Shown here: one piece after another, positions 1-13,359 of the stretch
Layout of the letters: each line of letters starts with the position of its first letter
Position numbering within the stretch: the first letter of the stretch is position 1
Assembly: GCF_006345805.1 (NCBI RefSeq)
Contig: NC_043006.1
Coordinates: 43,958,001-44,022,000, forward strand
Source: Octopus sinensis
Taxonomy: Eukaryota
Reading direction: 5' to 3'
DNA length: 64,000 nt
Translations under genes and position numbers: made by a program
The notes under the pieces: generated by a model
Told to the model about the DNA's origin: nothing
Database searches by the model: none
The model's input: only the letters and a program-made list of their open reading frames with translations

Positions 1-1918
1 TAGTAGCAAAAATCTAACGCTGTTCCTGATATAATAGTGTGCATAATATAATACAGAAAACACCATAGCCAGTAAAGTATTGGACATGACACAACAACCT
101 CTCTAAGACTGAAGACTGTTGTAGCATAGTAAACAATGTGTTGTGACAATTTAATAATGTGACTACAACAGGCTAAATATGACATAAAAACCCAAAAGAG
201 TAGATTATGTAATTCTTTCTAAGTGACATATAGTGTCTATTATAGTTCATTCAGTCTAAGCAAGTAGAAATAATAGTTTTCAGAAATGATAACGCGGGGA
301 CAGAGAGAAGACAATGAAAGTTGTAATTTTCTTTCGCTACCAATGAGAATGGCAACAGTAAAAATAAATATTTCCTTTACACATAACTTCTAGTATTGAA
401 AAACTAACAATAAATATGTGCTTGCAAAATGAAAGATTCTCAAGGGAAGGAATTGCTAAGTTATTTATATCTAATTTTGGGTTAGAACTTTTCTATCTTG
501 AAGCTTATTGAGGGATAAGTAGAGTTTTTATTTATTTTATTTTTATTTTATTTTTTGTTGGGTTTTTTTTTTCCTTTGTTGTCTTCAGTTTTATCTGATC
601 TTTGAAAATATTTCTCCAAAACAAGAAGTAAAAGTAGTTTGTTCATGCACTATATATATGTGTGTGTGTATGTAAGTATGTGTGTGTGTGTGTGCATGTG
701 TAGTGTGAAAAGTTATTGATAGCAGGAATACATGAGCAATTTATGACCTCTGTTCAATGCAAGTAACAAGAAGTAGAAAAATATATAATAAACTAAATGA
801 GAGGAATACACAACATAAACCAGAATATCAGAAATATATTATACACAATTATATCAGATTAGCAAATCACAAAAGCTAAAGAAGAAACTTAATACTATTA
901 CACATTCACACAAGGTTATTTTGAATTATTCATTGTTAAGACACTACTACACCTGCCAAATTCTAAATGAATTGTGTTAAATCCTACAATGAACATGATA
1001 ATATTGATTACAAGAGAAATAAGACTATCAGATATGGAAAAATCCACCTAATCTGAGTTTGCTTTTTCCTTCTTTTTTTCTTTCTTTTTTTTTTTGTTAA
1101 TGGAACTAATGCTCTAAGAGAAACCCCATGCTTACATGTTGCCATGTTATAGAGTTAGAAGAATATTCTTTTAACAGAGATGCTGCAAGTTCAATACAGG
1201 TTTGCAACTAGTAGAGCATGCAATTCCATAAAAGGAGATCAGTTAGGTACCCTCTTGCTGAAGGGTACCCAGTCAAATAAAAGCAGTAATAAAGCACCAG
1301 AGAAAACATTTAACACAAACTGCTTTGAACCCAGTCATGCCTCAACAAATGTATATATATCCAGAGAAGATATAGCTATGTGGTTAAGAAACTCACTTCG
1401 CCACCTCATGGCATGGGAATGTGTCTTCTATTATAGCCCCGGGCCAATCAATAGATCATTTATCTTTGCTACATTACTGCTGTTGTATGCACCAGCGTTC
1501 CTTAGGTGTTTTCTGATTTACCTTAATGCCTTGCCTGAGATTGAACTCAGAACCTCTAGGTGCATTAACTAGAACCTTTATCCACTATGCTTTGCCTGTA
1601 GGCAGTGTTAAGAGTGAATTCTTAAGGCTTATAAGCCTCCGTTGATGTCTTATGCCAATTGGATATATCTATATTTCTGAAATAAGGAACATTACTGCCA
1701 TCTCAATTGCAGCTCTACTGAATTTGATAATACATGAAAAGAATTTAATTCTAAGAGTATTTGTCAAAGATTCCTACAGACTACCTCTGTTATCCAAAAC
1801 TCTACTCAATACCAATAAATATCCTAACAGTCTGTTCAGGGTTAACCAAGGCTCACAAAATAATGCTGATGTCTTCAAATGTTGGAGCACCACAGTCGAC
1901 AAGCTCAGAGAATACTAA

Positions 1919-2141
1919 CCCTTTAGCATTTAAAGCAGCCATATTTGGGCAAAATATCTTATCTGTTTCATGTTTAAACCAACTGTATCTAGACTTGTGT
2001 GCATACCCTATGATGTCATTCCACAAATAAACAATCGTGTCATTGATATCTCGAAGCTACTAGATAATGCATGGTTAATTCACAGTAACATCATGAATAA
2101 ATAAGCATTGCATCTGACAGAGTAATCTAAATGCTAAAGAG
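1919..2141. mobile_element. Non-autonomous TTAA-type (piggyBac-like) MITE, family P1, copy 1
   Basis: TIRs CCCTTTAGCATT ... AATGCTAAAGAG with degenerate TTAA flanks (CTAA / TTAT). The internal sequence is shared with copies at 40274 and 63397. Confidence 0.7.
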
Positions 2142-2199
2142 TTATGGCAACCAGCTGAATGGTCAAGCAGTTCACATCATTTGTTGCTCTATTACAACT

Positions 2200-2405
2200 A
2201 TGGCCTGTGTTTGTCCCACCCCACCACCACCACTTGACAACCATAGTTGGTTTGTTTACATCCCCATAATTCCGCGGCTTGGCAAAAGAGAGTGGTAGAA
2301 CACATATGAAACTTAAAAATAACTATTGGGGTTGACCTGTGCAACTGAAACACTTCAAGGTGGTGCCCCAGCATGACCACAGTCCAATGACTAAAATGTG
2401 CAAAA
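2200..2405 (+). mobile_element. SINE family A, 3' half only
   Basis: gtgtttgtccc...cttgacaacc...ggggttgac...ccagcatgaccacagtccaatgact matches the 3' half of the full copy at 13597-14018. Confidence 0.75.
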
Positions 2406-2936
2406 CATATATATAAAAAAAAAAAGAGAGAGAGAAAGGCTGTGATTTGAGTGAATTTGACAGCTATTTCTAGCAGGTCAAGCAACTGCACAAAGGCTTT
2501 CTCATTAGCTCAAAGTGCAAAGACATGCCACAGAGGAGTACAGAATTGGATTCTTTACTGAGCTTCAGACTGGTTGAGAAGCACAAACAACAAAGCCTAG
2601 TTTGAACTCTATAATTACCATTGAAAAGTAAATAATAGCATTCCACCATACTTAAAATCAATTCAAAGTCCCCAGACAACTGTGGAAGTGGTGTTGAAAA
2701 TATCACCGAAATTTAGTTTGTTTCGAAGTTCATTCCAGGCAATATGTCTTAAATTCTCTTGCAGACCATTCTCTTAACAAGAGGTGAAATATACAATAAA
2801 AGAGTAAAAACTTTTCAAACTTATTATCTTAATGCCAGCAACATGAAAACATTGTGAGTGCAAGGTATCAACTAGTTAGTCTCCAAGAGATAACAGGAAA
2901 ATTGATTGAAAAACCACACAGCAATTTCAGGGGATA

Positions 2937-3332
2937 CTCTTTTACTTGTTTCAGTCATTTGACTGTGGCCATGCTGGAGCACTGTCTTTAGTCGAGCAAA
3001 TTGACTCCAGGACTTATTCTTTGTAAGCCTAGTACTTATTCTATCGGTCCCTTTGGTTGAACCGCTAAGTTACAGGAACGTAAACACACCAGCATTGGTT
3101 TTCAGGCGATGTTGGGAGGACAAACACAGACACATATACACACACACATGCATTTATATATACATATACGACAGGCTTCTTTCAGTTTCCGTCTCCCAAA
3201 TCCACTCACAAGGCTTTGGTCGGCCCAAGGCTATAGTAGAAGACACTTGCCCAAGGTGCCACGCAGTGGGACTGAACCCGGAACCATGTGGTTGGTAAGC
3301 AAGCTACTTACCAAACAGCCACTCCTACACCC
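2937..3332 (-). mobile_element. SINE family A, near full length
   Basis: Reverse complement has the tRNA-like head (TGGCTGTTTGG; GGTTCAGTCCC), CCTTGGGCAAGTG, an internal (TA/TG)n and the 3' end GACTGAAACAAGTAAAAGAG. Confidence 0.9.
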
Positions 3333-3337
3333 ATAAA

Positions 3338-3500
3338 GTAAGTTGATTACATTGACCCCAATGCTCAACTAATACCTATTTTATTGGCCCGAAAAGGATG
3401 AAGAGCAAAGTCCACCTTGGTGGAATTAGAACTCAGAATGTAAAGACAAACCAAATGCCACAAAGCATTTTGACTGGTTCAGTAACGATTCTGCCCAGCC
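3338..3500 (-). mobile_element. SINE family B, degraded
   Basis: aaggatgaagagcaaagtccacc...agaactcagaatgtaaagac, homologous to the copy at 4330-4560. Confidence 0.75.
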
Positions 3501-3669
3501 CAGCACTTTTGATTTCAGAACTACATTACCATGAAATATGAAACTACAATAAAAACACTGAATAATGCTGCTGCAGCGGAAAAGAGAGAAGAAGAAAGAG
3601 AGAACTATAAGAAACAATAGTTGTTTAGAAATTGGGTGTAAAGGAACCAGCTTGTAGTGGGCAAGAGAA

Positions 3670-3780
3670 ACAGCCATGCTGGTATGATCAGGTAATATGT
3701 ATGGATGGATGATGACAGGTGAGTGAAGAAGTGCCAGGCAATTCATGTGGAAGTGACCAGTGGAAGACAAAAACCAAAAT
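3670..3780 (+). mobile_element. RTE-clade LINE 3' coding remnant
   Basis: Frameshifted translation CWYDQVICMD / DDR*VKKCQAIHVEVTSGRQKP resembles the RTE C-terminal RWYGHVxRMD..VKKC...VEG..GRGRP motif. Confidence 0.5.
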
Positions 3781-4329
3781 TGAAAAAAAAGAAAAGAGAG
3801 AAAAGAGAGAGATGGAGATGACAAAGGAATGTATCAACTGGTGGGGGATGTTGTGCTGAAGAAGAGCCATTCAACCTGATGCATGGAAAGACAGATGTAA
3901 AAATGGTGATGGTAGTGGCATCAGTGGTAGCAGCAATAGCAACAACGATGACGACGATGGTGATAAATGAGTATACAACCAAGCAAATGAAGAAATTATT
4001 AGTGATAGTGGAAAGTATTTATCATATCTGCAAATAATAAACATTAACAGATAGAACATAGTTTTCGGGGGGGGGGGGAGTGTCAGAAAAAATTAGCATT
4101 ATTATGGAAGTTCTTTACTAGCCCAGCAACTGTAAGCATTACAAGAGAATATCAATGTATGATTTGAGGGAAATTCTAAACCACACTGTGATCACAGTTT
4201 AGTCTTTGTACCAATAAACTCCAATCATGGAACGGTTGCGATCCATATGTTACTGGTGGTTGTTGCTTAGTTGCAGCCCAGCTCAGGTCAGGGGGAGCAA
4301 TGAGCAAAGCTGTTCAGGATGACCATCCT

Positions 4330-4560
4330 TATTTCTTTATTGCCCACAAGGGGCTAAACATAGAAGGGACAAACAAGGACAGACAAACGGATTGAGTCGA
4401 TTATATCGACCCCAGTGCGTAACTGGTACTTATTTAATTGACCCCAAAAGGATGAAAGGCAAAGTCGACCTCGTCAGAATTTGAACTCAGAACATAGCAG
4501 CAGACAAAATACCGCTAAGTATTTTGCCCAGCTTGCTAACGTTTCTGCCAGCTCGCCGCC
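4330..4560 (-). mobile_element. SINE family B (B1 tail), full length with TSD
   Basis: Head GGCGGCGAGCTGGCAGAA...GAGTTCAAATTC, central GCCTTTCATCCTTTTGGGGTC...TAAGTACCAG, tail ...GGGCAATAAAGAAATA. Perfect 17-bp direct repeat TTCAGGATGACCATCCT at 4313-4329 and 4561-4577. Confidence 0.93.
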
Positions 4561-4629
4561 TTCAGGATGACCATCCTGCCTAAGTATTTTTCAGACACTG
4601 TAGTTTATGTTCTGAGTTTTGCATGAAAA

Positions 4630-4858
4630 CTGTTGTCAAGCGATGTTAGGGGACAAACACAGACACACAAACACACACATACATATATATATGCGACAGG
4701 TTTCTTTCAGTTTCCGTCTACCAAATCGACTCACAAGGCTTTGGTCAGCCCGACGCTATAGTAGAAGACACTTACCCAAGGTACAATGCCGTGGGACTGA
4801 ACCTGGAACCATGTGGTTCGTAAGTAAGCTACTTACCACACAGCCACTCTTACACCTA
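4630..4858 (-). mobile_element. SINE family A, 3'-truncated
   Basis: Head, microsatellite and start of the 3' half match family A. Confidence 0.85.
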
Positions 4859-6707
4859 TATATATATATATAAACATGCATTTAGATATATACTTCATAT
4901 AACATTAAGCATACTCACACACAATTCTATGTACATACTCTCTCTCATGCTCTCTCACACTCACACACACACCTCTAAGGCTCAATAAATGACAACAAAT
5001 TCTCTTTCTGTATGATGTGATTTCATTGACAGCATTGTAAAGACATACTTATCGTTGAACAATTACTTTTTTTGTTTGTTTTAATTCCCTCCCTACATCT
5101 TTGTAATAAAGGGAGTATAGCAATTGCAAATGATTGCAACATCCTTTTTATTAATTCCCGTTTTTTTTTTTTTTCATTGTTAATTCCTTTTATTTCAGTG
5201 TTTATTTGTTTCCCCCACTTTTTTTTTTCTTTCTTTTACCCCTCCCTTTTGTATTTTCATTCTAGATCCATTATCTACATGGAATATCAGAATGTCTCTT
5301 TGCATGTAATTAGAACAATATGATGATAGTCAGGTGAGAAAGACGTGGATGATGATGGGTGGAGAGCAGCAAAGGCAAAAAGGAGATAAGAGCAAAACAA
5401 ACACTGCAGCTAATTTCTGTTTAAATGAAGGAAGAGTACTGGGCGAGGGTGGGGGGGCATGGAAGGATGGGTACAGGAGGAGGAGGAGGGGTGCTTTTGA
5501 TGTATAGCATCTGCTTTAATGACAATAGTAGAAGATTTTTCAAAGGTGCCAGGGTTTGTAAGTATTGTCATTTCATCACCAATAATTCTGATTAACACAG
5601 TTTTCTCTTACGAACAAATTAAGACAAAGAAAAGTTTTACAAAGGCACCAATGACAATGATGATGATGATGATGATGACAACTTCAATAAATACTAGTGT
5701 AGCATTATTTTTTTCTTTGCTAAAAAGAAAAAGCTAAAAAAAAAAACTAAATAAAATACTACCACCAAATAACACACAAAATAGGTATCAGGCAACATAA
5801 TTAAAGGAATTGCCAAATATCTAATTCCATCAACACAAAATTGCCTGACAGTGAAGGAAAAAAAAAATAATGATAATAAGGCTATAAAAAAAAAAAAACA
5901 TACATCCGTAGATATTCTGATGCCATTTATTGGAAATGTTCATAACAGATCTGCTTTGATAAATTGCTTTGTGATTCTATTAAAATGGAGAAAGCGAGAA
6001 AATTTGGATAACTGACAACATTTTCCTAAAGCATTTCTAACCCTGTTTTAGAAACAATTATATAGAATCAATGAAGTTTCAAAATTGCGATTTTTAATAA
6101 ATTAACAAATAAATAAATAAAAGAGTTAAAATAAGTAAGAATATGAAAATAGCAGTGTGGTGGTGGTAGTAGAGAGAAAAATAGCTATAATAATTTAACT
6201 TACACAAACACTAATCAATTATAAAGCAATTTTATTAAAATATTTAGATGGCAGGAGGAGCCAGAGGAGGAGGTAAAGAGAATAACCATGAAGTTAATGA
6301 ACCAACATGAACCACAAGAGGAAGCCTGAAGACGGTAAAAGACAGCGGGAGACAAAGACAGAGGGAAGTGAAAATGAAGACATAAAAATGACAAGACAAG
6401 AATGGTTAATGATAACCAAGAACAGTAACAACAACAACAGAAGTATGTACAGGAAGACAACAACCAAAACAGAGAGAGAGAGGAAACTGGGACAAACTAA
6501 AAGAAATTACTGTGTCGAGAGAATACTGAATAAGCAAGTATAAGCATAAAGTATAGCTGTTGCTCTTTAGTGAATGGTTAGTATGAAATGGTTGATAGAG
6601 TTTGGAAGTTTTTAGACTCATCTTCTACAACATTATCAAGGAGGCTTAGGATAATATTGAGAGTTGACAGGAAAGAAAGTAGATTGTCTTATGTATGTGT
6701 CTCTCTT

Positions 6708-6971
6708 ATCTTTTACTTGTTTCAGTCATTAGACTGCAGCCATGCTGGAGCACCGCCATCAAGAGCTCTGCAGTCAAATGAATTGACCCCGGTGTTTATT
6801 ATCTTATTGTGTAAAGCCTGGTATTTATTCTATCAGTCCCCTTTGCCAAACCACTAAGTTATAGAGACATAAACACACCAACACTGGTTGTGAAGCAGTG
6901 GTGGAAGACAAGCACAGGCACAAACTCACTCACTCACACACACACACACGATGGGCTTCTTTCAGTTTCCA
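6708..6971 (-). mobile_element. SINE family A, head missing
   Basis: ttttacttgtttcagtc...ccatgctggagcaccgcc...gggcttctttcagtttcc; the copy stops at the MITE junction. Confidence 0.85.
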
Positions 6972-6975
6972 TATA

Positions 6976-7176
6976 CAGTAATCCCTCGCCATATCACGGT
7001 TCACTATTTCCGCTTACATTCATTCCTCCATGGTGTTGTTTTGCATTTATAATAAAATAAATATATACAAATTATAAAAAGAACATACAGTACAGTACTA
7101 TTTCTACTTCGTGGATTTTTACCAATCGCAGGGGTGGGGGTGGAATGTAACACCCGCGATAGTTGAGGGATTACTG
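6976..7176. mobile_element. Tc1/mariner-superfamily (pogo/Tigger-like) MITE with TA TSD, copy 1
   Basis: TIRs CAGTAATCCCTCGCCATATCACGG / CCGCGATAGTTGAGGGATTACTG; TA at 6974-6975 and 7177-7178. Confidence 0.85.
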
Positions 7177-7232
7177 TACATGTGTGTGTGTATGCGTGTG
7201 TATATATGTATATATATATATGTATGTATATT

Positions 7233-7330
7233 CTCTTATTCTCTTATGTTTCAGTCCAATGACTGTGGCCATGCTGGAGCATGTATGTATATATATACAC
7301 ATGTGTGTATATATATGTGTGCATGTGTAC

Positions 7331-7412
<82 letters not shown>

Positions 7413-7570
7413 TGGGCTTCTTTCAGTTTCCATCTACCAAATCCACTCACAAGGCTTTGGTTGGCCTGGAGCTATAGTAGAAGGCACTTGCTCAAGGTGC
7501 CACACAGTGGGACTGAACCCAGTACCATGTGGTTGGGAAGCAAACTTCTTACCACACAGCCATGCCTGCA
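7233..7570 (-). mobile_element. SINE family A with internal deletion and a long (TG)n
   Basis: 3' end plus (TG)n at about 7340-7411 plus an intact head region. Confidence 0.85.
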
Positions 7571-7842
7571 TCTAACAGTTTGCTTATTTTCCTAATTTTT
7601 TTTCATATCTTTGTATTTTAGTTTGGTCTGAAGAAAGGACTGTGCCAATATAGTTTTTGCAAGATCTACAAACTCAGTGGAATTAATACAGTTCAATGAT
7701 CCTCATGAACAGCTGCTTGTTGACAAGTTGCAGAAAAAAAAACATGAGCAAAGTGGGGAATTCTAAATGGATGATATTCTAGAGAGGGAAGAGTGAGCAT
7801 AACGGTTACTATGGGATGAAGTGAGGGCAGGAGATACATTAA

Positions 7843-8065
7843 CTCTTTCATTACCGTATTTATTTTGAGATGCTCTGTGTTTCTTTCAATTAATTTTAAA
7901 TATAACAAAGAATTTAGTAAAATAACTTAGTTATCATTCAGCCCGTGTTAGGAATTTAAATTGTGACTAAGGTTTGGGGGAAGATTTTAATTCAAAACTT
8001 ATGAAAACAAGACGTTTGTATTAACAGAGCCAGAGACTGCTTTAAGTGGATTGGTATCAAAAGGG
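7843..8065. mobile_element. TTAA-flanked piggyBac-like MITE, family P2, copy 1
   Basis: TTAA-CTCTTTCATTACC ... GGTATCAAAAGGG-TTAA; homologous to the adjacent copy at 8090-8320. Confidence 0.8.
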
Positions 8066-8089
8066 TTAAAAATATCATGGTGACTTTAA

Positions 8090-8320
8090 CTCTTTTGTTA
8101 CCATATTTCTGTTGAGATGCTATGTGATGCTATGTGTTTCTTTCAATTAATTTTAAATATAAAAAGAATTTAATAAAATAACTTAGTTATCATTAAGCTG
8201 GTGTTAAGAACATAAATTATGACTGATGTTTGGTGGAAGATTTTCATTCAAACCTTATGAAAACAAGACATTTGTACTACAGAGCCAGAGGCAATTTCAA
8301 CCGGGTTGGTATCGAAAGGG
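8090..8320. mobile_element. TTAA-flanked piggyBac-like MITE, family P2, copy 2
   Basis: TTAA-CTCTTTTGTTACC ... GGTATCGAAAGGG-TTAA. Confidence 0.8.
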
Positions 8321-9029
8321 TTAAAGGACATGAGAAGAGAAGGGACAAGAGGGCTGGAAATGTTTGAGTAGAGCTAGCACTAAAAACGGAGCTTAAAATA
8401 GCAACAGTAGTAAAAGTAGAGAGAGGAAGCAACACATCAGTAGGCCAAAAACTGGGCCGTGTTGGCAAGGGACATCAAATCTATCAGCTGTGTGTGTGTG
8501 TGTGAAGATTAAGATGCTTATCTGTGTAACAGCAGCACTATTGCAGATGTAAGATCAGTACTCCATTATGGGTATCTTATTTGAACTTTGTGTAGGGTTT
8601 AGCTGTAGTGGAGAGAAGGGTCAAGTATTTTCTGCCCTTAAGAGAGAGACTAATCTTCAAAATGCTGCCTTTGCAATGTTGAGTATTTGTATTATTCACC
8701 AGGTGAGAGCTTCAGTGATGGGGCAAGGTTCAGCATTTGTATGCAATCTCGAAGGTTCAAGTTATGTGTGTGGTGGTAGTGGTGGTGGTGGTGATGGGGT
8801 ATGTATTGTCTTTTTGATATGTGCAGTAATTTTGTTTTTATGCAGCTGAAGGAGGAAAGTTTGGCATGAACTCATTGAAGAATACTTCTGAAGTCGCTAT
8901 TCTTAGAGTCAGTGCGGATTTGACTTGTGTTAATTCATAGAGTACAAATAGTGTGAAGATAAGTTCCAAATTTCTGGCACACTTACATACATTCATAGAT
9001 ACAGGACAGCTTGGGGGCAAGGTGATAGG

Positions 9030-9420
9030 TAGGGGGAAGAGAGAGAGAGAGGGGGGGGAAGAGATATATGAGAAAAGAGGTGGGACAAATAATTATGAGG
9101 TGCGATGGAGAAAGAGAGATGCAAGAGGTAAGGAAAATGTATGGGGGTGGGTAGCATAGAAGAAGCGGGGGGGGGCAAAAAGAAAAAGGAAAGGTGAGAA
9201 GAAAAAAAAAAGAGTAATGATAGCAATAAAGGGAAGTTAAGGAGAGAGAGGGAGAGAAAGGGGCCTAAGGAGATGCAGAGAAAGGAGAGAATGAGGAGAT
9301 AAGTGAAAAGAGAGAGAGAGAGAGAGAGAGAGAGTGGAGGGAAAGCAGGAGAACAAGAGAAAAGAATGAGAGAAGCAAAGAAGAGACATGAAAGGAGCAA
9401 GGAACCTGAAGGTACTGTCA
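9030..9420. repeat. Long polypurine low-complexity tract (GA-rich)
   Basis: Nearly all G/A over ~400 bp, including (GA)n; source of the spurious ORF 8993-9421. Confidence 0.85.
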
Positions 9421-9768
9421 TGATTACAATTAAAATTTACAATACATACAAGGTGTAGGAGGGGGAGGAGGATGGAAGGAAAGAAAGAAAGAATGAATGA
9501 ATGACTGTAACCCTCTGGGAGACTGATTTTTATTTATTTATTTATTTATTGTAGTATTTCTTTTGAGAAAGGTTTTCAAACAGAGAAACTGTAGCAGTGT
9601 TGAATAGAAGATACATGGTGGTAACATCACACCTATATTAAGAGGTGAAGATGGCTGGGGCGGACCCAACCACTTCTGAATTATATTACATAGACATAAC
9701 TTTATAAATACTAAACAGGCAAATGACACCTCCGTCCGTCCATGTGTGTGTGTGTGTATGCACGTGCA

Positions 9769-9804
<36 letters not shown>

Positions 9805-12083
9805 CAAGAGTGAGATGGGGAAGAGAGAATGCAGGAGTAACAAGAGGAGAAAGGGACGATAATAGTATTTAAACAAGAACCACAACAGTCACCAATATTA
9901 TCACCATAGTTGTAAATGTCTGTTTTTCGATTACATCTATAAATGGAATACAAAATAAAGAGAAAATAAAGAAGAAAAAAAATTGAAAAAAGATAAAAAA
10001 ACAAAAAAAAACACAAAATCAAGAAGGAGTAGCAATTTCAAACATACCCAGTATGTAACTATAGAAAGATTTGTGTACTGGAACAATGCTCCTTCACATC
10101 ACCTTTTCAATGAAACACATAAATATTACCTTTCCCTTTATAACCACTACACTCACCCAACCACACAGCCACACACACACACACACAAGGTGGGAAGAGA
10201 GCAAGCACATTATTCGTTATTTGATGCATTCATACAAATATCCATTTTGCACTACTATCTACTATGTTGCTAAGTCTGTTCTGAAAATAATACCTTCAGG
10301 GCCTAAGTGTGGAGAGTGCATGCTTTTTAATCTAGTCTCCAAGAGCTTGTGATAAAACAAATACAATTAATGTTAGATTTAATGACCACCAGGACACAAG
10401 GCTACCCCCATCTCTAAACAAAATTGTAAAAAATAGACATGATTTTGAACACAAGCGTGTTTTATCAGGCCTGACTTGAGGGTTCAACAACAGGGAAAAA
10501 CTAAGAGAGATTATATAACTAAATGGTCAATCAATCATTTGTTCTTCATCAATACTGATATTTCATTCTTATCAGAGAGATTGGGTGCTGATTGACATTT
10601 TAACTGATGAAGATCTAAACTTATCTAATGTATTTGCGATTGACAATCAATTGTTTGAGCCTGAGAATGTATACAATTTGCATTCAGTTGTAGAGAAAAT
10701 GGCTTAATTTTTGCTGCAACCATCTCCAAGTCGGTCTTGAATAAGAAATTTTTTTTTGACCTTTTAATAAAGGACAAAACAGCTGTAAGAGATTTCACAT
10801 CTTCATAGTTAGATTAGCACATGAATGCAGATAATGCAGAGAGAAAGATAGTTTCTGAGGCAATTCAACATTAGCTACTGTACCATTTTGATATTTCTGC
10901 TGGCATCAAATATTTAGTACTTAACCCTTACCATGTAACAACCAAGTATATTCAGTTCCATACATATGCACCTGAAACATGGCAACTGAGTTAACTTGTT
11001 TTTCTTAGTGGAGTGCTGATGCAATATGTACATTTTATTTTTACTGGTCAATAGACAGAGGTTGTGTGAACTGATTTGCATATTGATTAGCATGTTTTAT
11101 CACCAGCAAAATTTTAATTAGTACAATGAGGGTTAATTTGGTTTTTCAGTACTGTAGAGAAGAGAACTGGCTTATATGGAAATAAAAATGTTCTTCCTCC
11201 ATAATTTGGAAGCTCTGTATCTGAACTAGACTCTACAGAGACAAAATTTCCAGCCGTTCTAAATTGTTAATTTTCCTGTTAAATCTTTCATGTTGCTTTC
11301 ATATTAACTCTTTATGTTACAGGTTAAGCTATTCTCAATGAGGAGTCCAGCAAGACAACATCACTGATGAATTTTTATTTATTGGATTCAACAGCATTCT
11401 ATAAAAAAAAAATTTAATCGGTCAATGAAACAGGTACACGCAAGACTGTAATAACATCTATACCTAAACTGTTAGGAAAAGTGAACTGGTAGCTTAACCC
11501 CTGGTCAATCTCAGATAAAAAAGTATTTAGGGCTACCCCTTGATAAAATGGCTACACATTAAAATATGGCTTTTATACAATAAAACTGCATGGTTAGATC
11601 CATGGACATACAGCATTAAATGCTAGTTAAATGTGACAGTCACCAATGAACTTATATGACAATATAACAATATTCAACAGATGGAGCCATAATTGTCCAA
11701 ACCATGCCAGCATGGAAAAGGGAACATTAAATAATAATGACGATGAATATATTACACTGCAAGATTTGTGAAGTATGTGAGTGTGTCACTTGTATTAGCC
11801 AAACTATCAGATTTTGCTATACATTGCTGGTCACAATGCACTTCAAATTCTTTCTAGATCGCACCTTTATTTTCCATCTTGGCCCAAATCATTTAACTAA
11901 ACTGAACTCTCTTAAAATGAACAGCATGAAAACAAAAATGCATGTGGGCTGAGGAAGTAGCACAAGACTGAATAGAGGTAGGAAATGATGAAATTAAGGC
12001 AGTAAAGGAGTACATCTGCTGAGGGCATACAGTGAATATGTAACCCAGACATAAACACTGAAAATGGGAAGACTAAATACCAA

Positions 12084-12319
12084 CAGTAATACCTCAACTA
12101 TCATGGGTGTTATGTTCTAAAACCTCCCACAGAAATAATTAAAATCTAAAAAAATATAAATACCTATCAGCCGCAGAAACCTGCAATATACTGAGGAGCT
12201 CAGTACATGAATTTACATGTATTAGCCATAAAAATCCATGATGCACTGAGTGTGCGATAGGTGAAGCACGATGTACTGAGAGTGCGATAGGTGAACCACG
12301 ATATGGCGAGGAATTGCTG
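12084..12319. mobile_element. pogo/Tigger-like MITE, copy 2 (inverted relative to 6976)
   Basis: Left end CAGTAATACCTCAACTATCATGGGTGTTATGTTC matches the reverse complement of copy 1's right end. Right end GTGAACCACGATATGGCGAGGAATTGCTG matches the reverse complement of copy 1's left end. Confidence 0.75.
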
Positions 12320-12447
12320 TGTGTCAATAAAACTTGTAGACATGAAAACTATGTAGTGTGTAAGGCACTAAAATAACAACTCAAACCACCTCAACTAAGC
12401 ATCAAATGCATATTTAATACCATTCGGTTGTAACCATTCATACATAT

Positions 12448-12448
<1 letters not shown>

Positions 12449-12500
<52 letters not shown>
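12449..12500. repeat. (GA)n microsatellite
   Basis: Direct reading. Confidence 0.95.
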
Positions 12501-12503
<3 letters not shown>

Positions 12504-13359
12504 GTGGAGGGAAATCTGAATACACTAGCAGGTATCACACACAAAGAGCATGGCAACAATAATTATGAAGATGAAGAGAGAAATGACTGGAAATGATTAC
12601 AATGAAAGAAAATGAGGATGACTATGACAGGGGTGAGGGTGGTGGTGGTGGTGGTGGTGTGACAATTAGGGAAATGACAAGACAAGCAGTAATGATTACA
12701 ATGACAATGAAGGAAAATGAGGATGACTGTGGTAAGTGTGGTTGGCAGCAGTGTTGGTGATGAGGAGGGGGGGGGAGGAAGAGGACGGGCCTCCAGGGTC
12801 AGAAAACCTAATTACAAGACCATGTGGAGCAAGTACTGGTGATGATGATGATGATGATGAGGAGGAGGAGGAGGAGAGGACGGAGGATGTTGGCAGTAGC
12901 TTCTACTAGATGTTATAAAGTTCATAATACTTTTGTATGTCACTTTCCACAATTATAATAATAATAATAATAATAATAAAAATAATAATAATCTCATTTT
13001 ATTTTTCCTCTTTTTCTTTTTTTGCAAGTAGAAAATAAAGAAGAGAAAAATGTAACCGAAAAATGTAACCTTAACACCAAAAGACTAAGTTTTTTTTATT
13101 TTGGGGGGGGTTACTTTTTTTTACGTTTTTTTTTTCATTCTTCTTTGCTTAAAATTTATCTTTTATTTCCACAATAGTTTGGTGCCAATAATTCCAAACA
13201 CACACTTCACATTTCTTTTTTTCTTTTCCAGCAGAACAACAATATCAAAAAGATATGTATCCTTCCCCATCAATAACTCTCCAGTTTTCTTATATTTTTT
13301 TAAATGATGATAACTATTGTTACCATCGTTATAAACATTAATATTTGCTACAATTATTA

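Noticed and set aside
1180-1572. 130-aa ORF
   Set aside because: Runs through SINE head fragments (about 1378-1445 and 1530-1600) and has no recognisable domain.
6370-12730. Short shared motifs among GA-rich blocks (AAATGACAAGACAAG, GAGTGGAGGGAAA, AATAATTATGA)
   Set aside because: Low-complexity context makes chance matches likely; no colinear duplication could be traced.
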